A stretch of 63,166 nucleotides of DNA, the filler included, from Reclinomonas americana ATCC 50394 (taxonomy: Eukaryota): assembly GCA_048213135.1 (NCBI GenBank). It is 14 parts of 14 records of this genome, joined end to end, with 100 filler letters (N's around TTAATTAATTAA, not from the genome) between each part and the next. Parts side by side here need not be neighbours in the genome. Positions count along the whole stretch, not along the records: positions 1 to 3,524 come from AFZH01022714.1; positions 3,625 to 8,281 come from AFZH01022715.1; positions 8,382 to 16,116 come from AFZH01022716.1; 11 more parts are not named here. The stretch is one strand, 5' to 3'. Shown in pieces: positions 1 to 10,302 of the stretch. The notes under the pieces were generated by a model. That model saw only the letters and a list, made by a program, of their open reading frames with translations. It was not told the origin of the DNA and searched no databases. The position numbers and the translations under genes are program-made. The first letter of the stretch is position 1. Each line of letters opens with the position of its first letter.

Positions 1-180
1 TGGCAGCACTGGCGGCAGCACTGGCGGCAGCACTGGCGGCAGCACTGGCGGCAGCACTGGTGGCAGCACTGGTGGCAGCACTGGTGGCAGCACTGGTGGC
101 AGCACTGGCGGCAGCACTGGCGGCAGCACTGGCGGCAGCACCGGTGGCAGCACTGGTGGCAGCACTGGTGGCAGCACCGA
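1..180 (+). repeat. 12-bp coding minisatellite (GGCAGCACTGGY)n encoding a (GSTG)n linker
   Basis: Near-perfect 12-mer tandem. Read from position 2 it gives GSTGGSTGG..., like the Gly/Ser linker at ~800-905 of the same gene. Confidence 0.85.
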
Positions 181-1213
181 CGGCACGAACACGGGTGGTG
201 GCTCTGTTACCCAGTCGCCGTACGTGTACCCCTTCTCCCTGCCTCCAGGTGCGGTTGCAATCGTAGTCGATAGCGCTCGTTATTTTAGCCTTCCTCACTC
301 ACTTTCCTCTCAATAGCGGCCTACGGTCTCACTCGCACCAAGTCGTGCCCGGGTGTTTTGCTCTCGCTCCAGTGCCCAGCTGGCACTTCGGTGGTCGTCC
401 GCCAGGCGTGGGCACGCCCAGTGGAGCCCTACGCCTCGTACGTCGACGGTGCCACGTACCAATTCAACAATGTCGACAACTGCCCGGCTCAGCTCTCGTG
501 CGTCTCCCCCTGCCTTGTCTCCCCTTTATGTGTTGCCCCTTTGTGATGCTGACATTTTCTGCCTGCGTGACAGTCCCAACTTTGTCCAGGGCATGAACTA
601 CTCGTACTTCCCGGCCAGCTGCGCCCTGCTCGACATCACCAATGTCGTGGCTCCCCGCTGCCAGGGCCGCAACCTCTGCAACGACATCAGCTCGACCTCG
701 ATTGACCTGTCGATCTGCGGCCCGTACCGCCTGCTCGAAGTCGACTGGCAGTGCCAGCTTCCTGACGGCCAGCTCGTCTCACCGAACCCGCCGGCGTCGT
801 CTGGTGGCTCTGGCTCCACTGGCGGCTCGTCTGGCTCGTCGTCATCGGGCTCTTCGTCGTCCGGCTCGTCGGCGTCATCCGGCTCGTCGTCTTCGGGCAG
901 CGGCTCGCAGATCACTGGCACGCAGCGCGTGCGCTCGTGCGGTGGCTGGACCATGGAGCTCAACTGCCATCTCAGCGGCCCCATCCACGTGCAGGGCGCC
1001 CGCATCCGCGCTGCCAACCAGGCCGACGGCTGCGACGCACCACCAGCCTCGATGTCTGGCCAGTGCAACAACATCACCAACGTTCTGACGAACTTGCGCA
1101 CTCGCTGCGAAGGCTCCACGGAGCCGTGCCACGCCGAGGTGGAGGACTGGGAGCAGGGCCCTTGCATTCCGTTCCGCATCATCGAGGCCGAGTACACGTG
1201 CGGCAGCGCATAA
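2..1213 (+). CDS. Protein with two SUEL-type (galactose/rhamnose-binding) lectin-like domains and Gly/Ser linkers; 5' partial, ~2 introns
   Basis: Two Cys-patterned domains: SCPGVLLSLQCPAG...DITNVVAPRCQGRNLC...CGPYRLLEVDWQC and SCGGWTMELNC...NVLTNLRTRCEGSTEPC...GPCIPFRIIEAEYTC, matching the SUEL pattern. Stop at 1211-1213. Confidence 0.65.
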
Positions 1214-1727
1214 GCCACTGCCCTTGCGTTCTCGCGTAGAGTCGACCACTGCGCGCATTGGCGCAGTGTGTGCTGTTGTTTTTCCTTTTTCTGATTCCTG
1301 AGTTTTGAGTATTGTGTGTGTTTTGCGATTGTTGCTGTTGTCTTGCCTTTTTTTGATGTTGTTAGTAGTGGGGTGAGAAGGAGGGAAGGAAGGAGGGGGG
1401 TTGGATTGGAGCGGGGATTGTCGGGGCCTGCGGCTCGTGTCCAAAGCTGCGTGTGACCGGGCTTATTTGTGGCCCCCTCTCCGTCCCATGACAACACACG
1501 GGGTGTCGTAGGTGAAAGTTTTGAGTGTGTGTATTAGTGTGTTAATGTATGGAACGTTGTTTGCATACTCGGCTACGTTGTCCATCGTGAATGCAGAGCT
1601 TGTCGGCTCGCCATGGCGGCGGCCATTGTTCAGTCAGCCTGCCTGCCTGTCTTTCCAGTCGAAGGCGATGCGCGAGCATCGTGCGTGCGAGAATTCGTCA
1701 CCCACTCCATGCGCACTCAAAGTCCGA

Positions 1728-3353
1728 TCAGTCAGCAATGTCTGCAGTCTGCCGGCGGCGACCAAGCTCCGGAAACACCTCGTTCACATCGCTCGCATGC
1801 AGGCCGTGAATGAGGTACGCCGTCGGGTGAGCCAGCAGCGTGCTTCGCAGCGAATGCGGATGACTGGGCAGAGAGAGGGGAGAGAAGAGGAGTGAGTAAA
1901 GGACTCTACATAGCGTCGCCGTGCGCTTCTCCGCGTACCTGCCGTAGTTCACAAGGAACCCGCTCTCCACGAAACGTGCCGACTCGCGAGCATCTGCGCA
2001 CCGTTGGAGGGCGCTGCGACCCCACGTGCTTGCATCTGCTGGATACAGAATCTCCAACTCCTCCGGCAGACGGTTCTCGCACGCCCGTGAGAACGAATGC
2101 AGGCTCATGTCGAACGGCTCGTCGTAGTACTCGGTGCTGTTTGCGCGCCACAGGTCAGCGAATAGCAAGAGATGATGTCCAACGGAGTGGGGGCACGCAC
2201 CGCACGCGCTGCAGCATGCTGTTGAAGCAGGCGCTACCGAGGCGGTAAATGCCGTTGCCGTTGAGATGACTGACCATCTCGTCGCGGGTCCATTGCACGC
2301 CATTCAGCAGATCTCCGCTCGAATCGTAGCTGGCGGTGGCACCCTTCATCCAGAACGCCGGCGGTGTCGACTCACTGGCAACCTGTAGCACGGAAATGAG
2401 AGAAAATCGTCAAGAGCAGAAGAGCAGGCCGGTCGAGCACTCTCACCGGCGCAATCTCCTGCCGCAAACGATCGAGCCAGTGAAGGCGCACGGGAACGAC
2501 GTCGGGCTCCATCAGGAAGAAATGCGAGAACCGTGAGGTCAACGACTGAGTGTCGAAGAGTGGATAGAACATGTTGCAGGTGCCAGAGGAGACCTGCGCG
2601 ACAAATGTCAGCTCCGCACCGATCGCCTGCCTCTTGTTTCTCCCCCCTGCATGGCTCACCAGCCACCGCCGCCAAAACAGCATGCCGTAGCGATCCTGCT
2701 CGTCGGTGAGCCTCGCATTGAGGAACTCAAAGCCGGCAAAGCACTGTTGCACGGCTCGACTCTGCGCCAGTCGCCGCTCAATCTCCAGCTTCACCTGTGC
2801 GCCGACCTCGCCCACATCCAAGTCGCGATGGTAGAACAAGACCAGCACGGGACGCTCCTCCATCGGCAGCGCTACCACACACACGAAGTCAGCAAATGAG
2901 TGCGGCACAAGAAGACAAAAGCATTGCTGGCGGCGACTGACCCTCGGCGCACGGAAACAACGCATCAATCTCCCATCGCTCACTGTGCTCCAGCATCTTG
3001 GCGACCTGCGCCGCCGTGAACGGTCGCAGCACGGCCAGTCTCCACCGCGGAGCTCCACTCGCCCAGTGACTCTGCGGCCCTGCGCATTGCAACGGGAACA
3101 ACTGCACTGCCTGCTCCCGCAACGCCGCTCGCCGCGCCACCACTTGCTCTCTCAGATCGCCCTCGCGCCACAGCCACAGTGAACGCCCGAGGTACCACAC
3201 AGTCATCACTGACATTACCTGCAACAACACGCAGTTAGGCATCGATGCATGTGTCTCGCGCAAGCAGGCAGACGCAACAATGACTAGCAGGCGTCCCCAG
3301 TGCCGCTCACATCGGTAGGACCAGCGTGCGCCTCCACTCATCGCAACGCGCAT
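1728..3353 (-). CDS. Putative type II membrane glycosyltransferase-like protein, multi-exon
   Basis: N-terminal hydrophobic segment; exons with GTCNMFY, FFLMEPDVVPVRLHWL (DxD-like EPD), FWMKG, HLNGNGIY and a terminal YLIHG. Start codon tentative. Confidence 0.5.
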
Positions 3354-3524
3354 TGCTTTCGACCGTTTGGCCAACAGACCGATGACGTGACTGAACACTC
3401 TCTAACTTTCCTTGCGGGCGTGTGGGTGTGTGTGTGTGGAGAGAGGAAGCAGAGTGTACGTGAGCGTGTGTGTGTCAGTGAGTGAGTGAGCGAGGAGGTT
3501 CACTATTTCGTTTTATCAGCAGCA

Positions 3525-3624
3525 NNNNNNNNNNNNNNNNNNNNNNNNNNNNNNNNNNNNNNNNNNNNTTAATTAATTAANNNNNNNNNNNNNNNNNNNN
3601 NNNNNNNNNNNNNNNNNNNNNNNN
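3525..3624. other. Artificial contig linker (44N + TTAATTAATTAA + 44N), first of 13
   Basis: Same linker at 8282, 16117, 20311, 25776, 37401, 39164, 40592, 43733, 50993, 54090, 56686 and 61149 (100 nt each); contains stops in all six frames. Confidence 0.98.
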
Positions 3625-4307
3625 TGAGAGCATGTTGACTGGCGAGTCGCAGCCGGTGCTGAAAAAGCCGGTGCCGCGCCACGACGGCCACCCGTACTCG
3701 GTCGACGACGACAAGGGTTTCACCTTGTACGCCGGCACCAAGGTCATGGAGACGCGAGCGGAGCAGGTGGACGGCCTCACTGTGGCGTTGGTGGTGCACA
3801 CTGGTAACATATCGCACACACACGCACGCACGATTCATGCATGATCTGTCACACCCACACTTTTCGACAGGATTCACGACGGCCAAGGGCAAGTTGGTGC
3901 GCAGTATGCTGTTCCCCAAACCGCACACATTCACCTTCTACCGCGTTGCGTGCTGCATTTTTCTCGCAACACTGCCTCTCAGTTCTGTATGCTCACCCCG
4001 CGCGTGACCGACAGGACGCTTGGCGATTCCTGGGTATTCTGTTCATCATTGGTGCGTGCGTGATGGACGCCGTGCACTGCAGCGTGTCCTTTTCGCCGCG
4101 TAGCTGATGTTCGTTTCTGTCCTTGTTTGCTTCACGCAGCGCTGCTCGGCATGATCTTTGCCGTGTACCAGTTCTCGAAATACAATGTCGGTGTCGTCAT
4201 GGTGATTTTGCGGTGCTGCGACACGATCACTATTGTCGTGCCGCCACTGCTGGTGGTGGTGCGTTGCTCTTGGCGCTCTTCCTTTTGCGCCTAGCAGTCC
4301 GTGGTTG

Positions 4308-4344
<37 letters not shown>

Positions 4345-7300
4345 CGCAGGCACTGACAACAGGAACCATGGCTGCCGCCGCTCGTCTCAGGAAGAAGCAG
4401 ATCTATTGCATCAGTCCGCCACGGTGAGCCTTCGCCCTCGAACGCAATCTTCTTGTTGTATTTGACCGACTTGCCATCTCGTGCGCACAGAATCAATCTG
4501 GCCGGCAAGGTCAATCTGTGCTGCTTCGACAAGACAGGCACGCTGACCACCGACGGCCTCGACGTCCTCGGTGCTCGAACCGTCTCGTGCGTTGTTCTTC
4601 GCTCTTTGTGTGTGCAAGCTCGTTGTTTGCCAACTGGCTTTGCATTCCGCAGTGCGCGGGACGGTGGCGCCGACTTTGCCGAGTGGCTGGAAAAGTTGTC
4701 GTTGGCACACGGGCCTCTGGCCGACGCAGTTGCGTCGTGCCACAGCCTGTCGCAGATTCAGGGCGACACGCTGCTGGTCGGTGATCCACTCGAGATCAAG
4801 ATCTTCCAGAACAGCGAAGCCGTTGCGTGCAACTTGCTGGCGTGCATTGAAATGTGGTTGCGCGACAGCGTCTCACTCGCTTGTGAACGGCCAGTCGATG
4901 AGTGAAGTCAGTGGCATGCACCCTGAACCAGACCAAATGGCCACGCAGATTACGCTGCAAGAGTCACGCCGCTCTGTTGCGTTTTTTTCCACCGGGAAGT
5001 GACCGGTTTCTTTTCGGTGCACTCACGTACCGCCCGTGCGCAGCTGGTGATTGTCAAGCATTTCGACTTTGTGCCTGATTTGCGCCGCATGAGCACCATT
5101 ATATCATGCGACGGCGGCTACATGGCGTGCGTGAAGGGCTCGCCGGAGAGCATTCGCGAACTGTGTGTACCAGCTTCTGGTGAGTGGAACTTGTCGCGCC
5201 ACCGCCCCTTCATTCTGGTTTGCTGCTCACATGCGAGCGATATAACATGCGTGCAGTGCCGGTTGACACGCTGGACGTGAATCAACAGTACGCGCGTCAG
5301 CAGTACCGCGTGATTGCGTACGCCTTCAAGCCTCTCGGCAACGACTGGCGTCGTGTACGGTCGCTGGCCAGGTGCGAGTCGCACTCGTCACAATCTCATC
5401 ATCTTGTGCGACGTGTTGCCTGATGCACGCATGACGCAGGGAGGCCGTGGAGAGCGACTTGCAGTTTCTGGGCCTGGTCGTGCTGCACAATCCGCTCAAG
5501 CCGGATACCACACAGCACATTGCCGAGCTGACTGACGCACGCATTCGCAGCGTGATGATTACTGGTTGGTACCGTCGTCGCAGGCCTTGTATACGTGGGA
5601 GTGTGTCACTCAATAGCGTTGGGTGCACCAAAAAAACAGGCGACCACCCCGTCACCGCTGTTGCCGTGGCGCGTGAGTGCGGTATCTTGCGTGGCGATCG
5701 TACGGTGTTTCTCAGTGAGCCCACTGGCGACGGCGGCATTCGGTGGGTCGATCCCTACAATCCAGACAACGTGCTGAGCGACAACCTAAAGGTAGCCCAG
5801 CCCGCATCGTGCGTTCGAGCCGCGCGGTCAGTTGCCGACTCATCCGTGGTGCAGCCAATGCAGGGTGTGGCGGTGCGTGAATTCGAGTTGGCAATGACTG
5901 GCGAGTGCTTCCATTTGCTGCGCACGGCGCATTGCGGCGATATCGACGGCGATTCGTTCTTCCAAAAGGCATGCGGAATGCCTGTTTTCCGTTGCTTCTG
6001 TCTGTTGTTGCATTTGCTCACAATGATGATCACCAAGGTGCTGGCTGGTTGCGCTGTGTTTGCTCGCGCCAACCCAGCGCAAAAAGCGCAGCTGGTCGAG
6101 TGCTACCAGGACATGGGATACACGGTGGCCATGTGTGGCGACGGAGCTAACGACTGCAGCGCCCTCAAGGCCGCTCATGTGCGTTTTTATGTATGGAAAA
6201 TCGCCGATTGCTTCTCAGTGCAGTCCTCACGATTGTCGTGCAGGTCGGTCTCTCACTCTCCGATGCCGAGGCCTCCATCGCGGCACCGTTTACCTCCAAG
6301 GTCAATTCAATCGGATCTGTTGTTACCATGCTCAAGTTGCGTGCATCCATTCTGGTGGCGACAGTCGTCTGCGTCGACCATCTCCTGACCCCACTGGCAT
6401 TGCAGGGAGGGGCGATCTGGCCTGGTGGCTTCGTTTGCTTTGTTCCGCTATGTGGCCGAGTACAGGTGAATTGATTGAGGTTGCGAATACTTGTACCACT
6501 GTTTCATGTCGCTGACCGTGTATTTTCTTTCAAACGCAGCTTGCTGCAGTACATGACGACCGCGATTCTCATTCTTGACAATGCCGTGCCGAGTGACCTC
6601 GAGTATCTCGTGCTGGATTTGATTATCGCCACTCCCATCACTCTCTTCAGTTGCGCACCACACACAGAACCTACGTGCGATGCTGGTGTGTTTGTGGCTC
6701 ACCATCTGAGTGCGTGTACAGTGGCACAAACGGCGGCTTCCAAAAAACTGGCCAAGAAGAGTCCACCTGCCTCGCTCACCGCGCCGCCAATCCTCGTGTC
6801 GCTGGTGGGCCAGTTCGTCTTGTGCGCCCTCGTACAGGTGTTTGCGTACTTTTACGTGCGCGAACAGAGTTGGTTGCGTGGGATGGAGCATTGGTGGTGT
6901 TGGCGAGGAAACTGATTTGGTTCGAAACATGCAGGTGGGTTCCGATATTCGGACCGAACCCAGACGACAAGTTCAGCCTGACATACGAGACCACCACACT
7001 GTTCTTGGCCACGGCTGTGCAGACCACATTCCTGGCGTTCCCTCTGAATCCCGCCAGACCTCACCGACGCACCATGTTCTCCAACTGTTGCGCATCCCCC
7101 GTTGCCGCTTGTGCATTGTCTCTGCGTGCGTCTCTCACACAGTGAGAGCGCGCGCAGGGCCCCTCGTTCTCGTGCTGGCTCTGGTCTCCGGCTTCGTTCT
7201 CTTCTTGTTGTTTGGCGCTGAGATGCATGTTCGGACTTTTTTCAGCATGATGGAGATGCCGATGAACTTTTGGTTTGTGACTTTTTTGCCGAGTGAGCGC

Positions 7301-7858
7301 ACATACGCTCACGCCACTCACCCTTCGCACAGCATGCAACTCGCGCTGCTGTTCACCGTCAACTTTGTGCTGTGCTTGCTGTGGGAGCTCATTATTGTGC
7401 CCCTGCAATGCTGGAAGAGACCGCTCCAAGCATGCATGAGTGGCTTCTCGTGCAAGTGCTGCCCGCCCAGTCCCGTCGACGAGGAAGCAGACGAGGAGGC
7501 GGCGTTTGGATCGAGCGGTTCGCGAGCCTCGCGTGTGGCAAACGACCCGCGTATGGCGCTGGTGTGGCACTTTCCTGTGGATGTGTGACCGAGAGGAAGA
7601 GATGACTCACTTACGTGTCTGCTGTTGCAGGTGCGCAAGCCGCGTGTCGATCGGGCAGCACTGCTGGTCTCCAGCGCCGGCGAGGGCTTTGTGGGACGCG
7701 CAGGTCGAAGGCAGTGCTGTTGGTGGCGTTGTCCGTGCTGCTGTTGTTGCGAGAATTGTTGTGGTCCGTGCCGCGCACCACCTTTACCGGTGGAGGAGAA
7801 ACTGTATCGGAGGCGGCGGGCCGAATTCGAGCGCCTGTGGTCGTCTTCGCGTTCGTAA
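3625..7858 (+). CDS. P5B-type ATPase (ATP13A2-5/Ypk9-like), 5' partial, many introns
   Basis: [102 protein letters not shown], TM6 SDLEYLVLDL. Last exon ends KLYRRRRAEFERLWSSSRS*. Confidence 0.93.
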
Positions 7859-7989
7859 TGCAGCAACATGTCTGTGCACGCAATTCTCGTACACGTGCGA
7901 GCATGTACTTGGGCCGCAGCCTCCATCATAAAATAAATTTCTGCAGCACAAGCGCAAAAAAAAACGAATGTGTGCATGTCTCCGTCCGT

Positions 7990-8381
7990 TCAGGCCAGCA
8001 CATACGCGTCGACATTCGAGTACGTCTGCGGTATCGTCGTCCAACCTGCAGTCGGCACTGTCAGCACATACACACTCCACAACTGAGACACGCTGCGCGC
8101 GAGTCGACAGACCGTTGGCGTCTAGCAACTTGCCAGACGGCAGCTGGAAACGGAGCACCGTATTTGCCTGTGCGGGATGACTCGTGAGAGACAGATACGT
8201 CGGGGAAAACCTGCGCAAAAGCATGACGACGCAACATTCTCCATGCCGTCGCTCACACCGACCGTCATGAACCACTGGTCTNNNNNNNNNNNNNNNNNNN
8301 NNNNNNNNNNNNNNNNNNNNNNNNNTTAATTAATTAANNNNNNNNNNNNNNNNNNNNNNNNNNNNNNNNNNNNNNNNNNNN

Positions 8382-8420
<39 letters not shown>

Positions 8421-9510
8421 TCTTTCTCTTGTCGTCAACACGCAACTTGGTGCCACTGGAGGAGCCGGAATCGTAGGGCGTTCCGGGCGAGACAGTGGCG
8501 TTGACGCATCCCTACTCAGCCGGCACAAGGAGAAAGAGAGAGAGAGAGAGTCAATATCTCATGGGATCGGGGAAAAGGAAGAAAGAAAAGGTCACCTGAG
8601 CCGGGATGAGCGTGCAGGTGGCAATGTAGTAGTTCATGGCGTTCATGCCACTGTCGATGACATACGAGTACAGTGAATTGGTGCTCGGGTCAAGGGCCAC
8701 CAAGCCGCCATGCACGAGCTGATTCGCTTGTTGCGACGGCACCTGCGACGCGATAGATCGTTGTGCACACACACACACGCACAGGGGCGATGTGCAGCGG
8801 ACACTCACCAACAACCCAATGTCCGACATGATGCCAGTGGCCACGTTGACGGCAAACAGGCTGATACGCATGTGAGGAGGGGGAGAGAGAGAGGCTGGAG
8901 AGAAAGACGCGCAACTGATTCTGTGCATTCGCCAAGTACAGGAACCCATTGTAAAAGTCCATGGTCAGCGGCGCACCAAGACCAGTCGAGTTGGTCACCA
9001 TCATGGTGGAGAGTGCCTGCGAGGCCACGTTGTACCTGCGCTCGAGTCGGAAAAAAAGAACCTCACGCAACGAGCACAGGAGAAGTTCAACGCACTGGTA
9101 AAACGAGAGCGTGTTCAACGCGCCATCAACCACCAGTGCATACACGACACCATGCGTCGCGTCCACTGCGTTGAGATACGACTGGCTGTCGACGTCACGA
9201 GAGCGCACCTGCATCATCATGAATGCATGAGTGGCATGCACTCCTCCTCCTCACACACACAAGAGACAGCGCATACCTTGCTCTGCAACGTGGCCAGCAC
9301 CGCCGCCTTCCCACTCGGCTGCAGCTCCAACAGCAGCACGTTCTTGTACGAGCAAAAGACGCCACCGTCGCACTTGTTACCAGTGGCGATGATGCGCGAG
9401 ACACCTTGCACCTCGTCGCCACCACGCAGTCGCTGCGTGCTGGACTCGACCACCGCCACCGCCACCAGTAGCACCAACAGAGAGAGCAGCAACACGCTCA
9501 CACGTCGCAT
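7990..9510 (-). CDS. Secreted protein of unknown function (beta-rich, possibly propeller), multi-exon, probably spanning linker 8282-8381
   Basis: Signal peptide MRRVSVLLLSLLVLLVAVAVVES at 9510; spliceable exons with AVDATHGVVYAL, MDFYNGFLYLA, ALDPSTNSLYSY; candidate last exon WTTIPQTYSNVDAYVLA* at 7990. The join across the linker is inferred. Confidence 0.55.
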
Positions 9511-9590
9511 GATTGATCAGGAATGCAGAGGACGACAGACGCGCTGTCCGCCTCGCTTTTCGCTCTTCGCTCTTTCACCAGTCGCGCTGG

Positions 9591-10268
9591 ATGGGTGGAC
9601 AGCACGGCAAGGATACGCAGGAAGCACGGCCTTCGTCTGTGGTGGAAGAGTTCGACGCCGAGTACTTTTCGACCGAGGCTCGTCGACGATGGGTGCGCTA
9701 CGATGAGTCGGTGAAGCAGATGAACTTGGTGGTGCTGGCCAGCGATCAGGAGCGCTATCGTCTGCAACGAGAAGCCGGCCGCCCGCAGCGCCCGTCGGTG
9801 CTGGCGCCCGTGGGAGAGATGACTGAGATTCTGCCGCACTTGTATCTCAGCGGCATCACGGAGGCCTTTGATGTGGAACTCGTGCAGCGCATGGGGATCA
9901 CGCACATCTTTTCCATGGTGGGCTCGCCACGGGATCTGCTCGGTCACGATCTGGACGAGGTGGCGACTGTGATCCAGGAGCGTGCTTGGGTCTCGTCGGA
10001 CGACACGGAGGAGTACGACATCATGAAGCACTTTGAGGAAGTACGCGAGTTCATCGACAAGGCCAAGGAGAGCGGTGGGCGGGCGCTTGTGCATTGCCGT
10101 GCGGGCGTCAATCGCAGTGGCTCGATGGTGGTGGCGTACGTGGCGCAGTACGACAAGCGAGGCTTATTTCGGGCCGTCGAGGATGTGGCGCAGCGGCGAA
10201 TGATACTCACCAACGAGGCGTTTCGCCATCGCCTGGTGGCGTGGGCCCTGGAACGTAATCTGTTGTGA
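9591..10268 (+). CDS. Dual-specificity protein phosphatase, intronless
   Basis: EILPHLYLSG, MGITHI, D-loop DDTEEYDI, catalytic VHCRAGVNRS, VVAYV, NEAF. First ATG at 9591. Confidence 0.92.
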   Translation: MGGQHGKDTQEARPSSVVEEFDAEYFSTEARRRWVRYDESVKQMNLVVLASDQERYRLQREAGRPQRPSVLAPVGEMTEILPHLYLSGITEAFDVELVQRMGITHIFSMVGSPRDLLGHDLDEVATVIQERAWVSSDDTEEYDIMKHFEEVREFIDKAKESGGRALVHCRAGVNRSGSMVVAYVAQYDKRGLFRAVEDVAQRRMILTNEAFRHRLVAWALERNLL

Positions 10269-10302
10269 ATAAGAGCGTAAACTTCATTGTGTGTTGCAGC
10301 TG

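Noticed and set aside
60..266. Ala-rich 68-aa ORF
   Set aside because: Off-frame reading of the 12-bp GSTG minisatellite.
3569..3580. Recurrent palindrome TTAATTAATTAA as a biological site
   Set aside because: Always centred in N-runs of fixed length; an artificial all-frame-stop linker.
7615..8187. Separate membrane-anchored protein on the + strand
   Set aside because: No ATG start; overlaps the ATPase last exon in another frame and the 3' end of a - strand gene.
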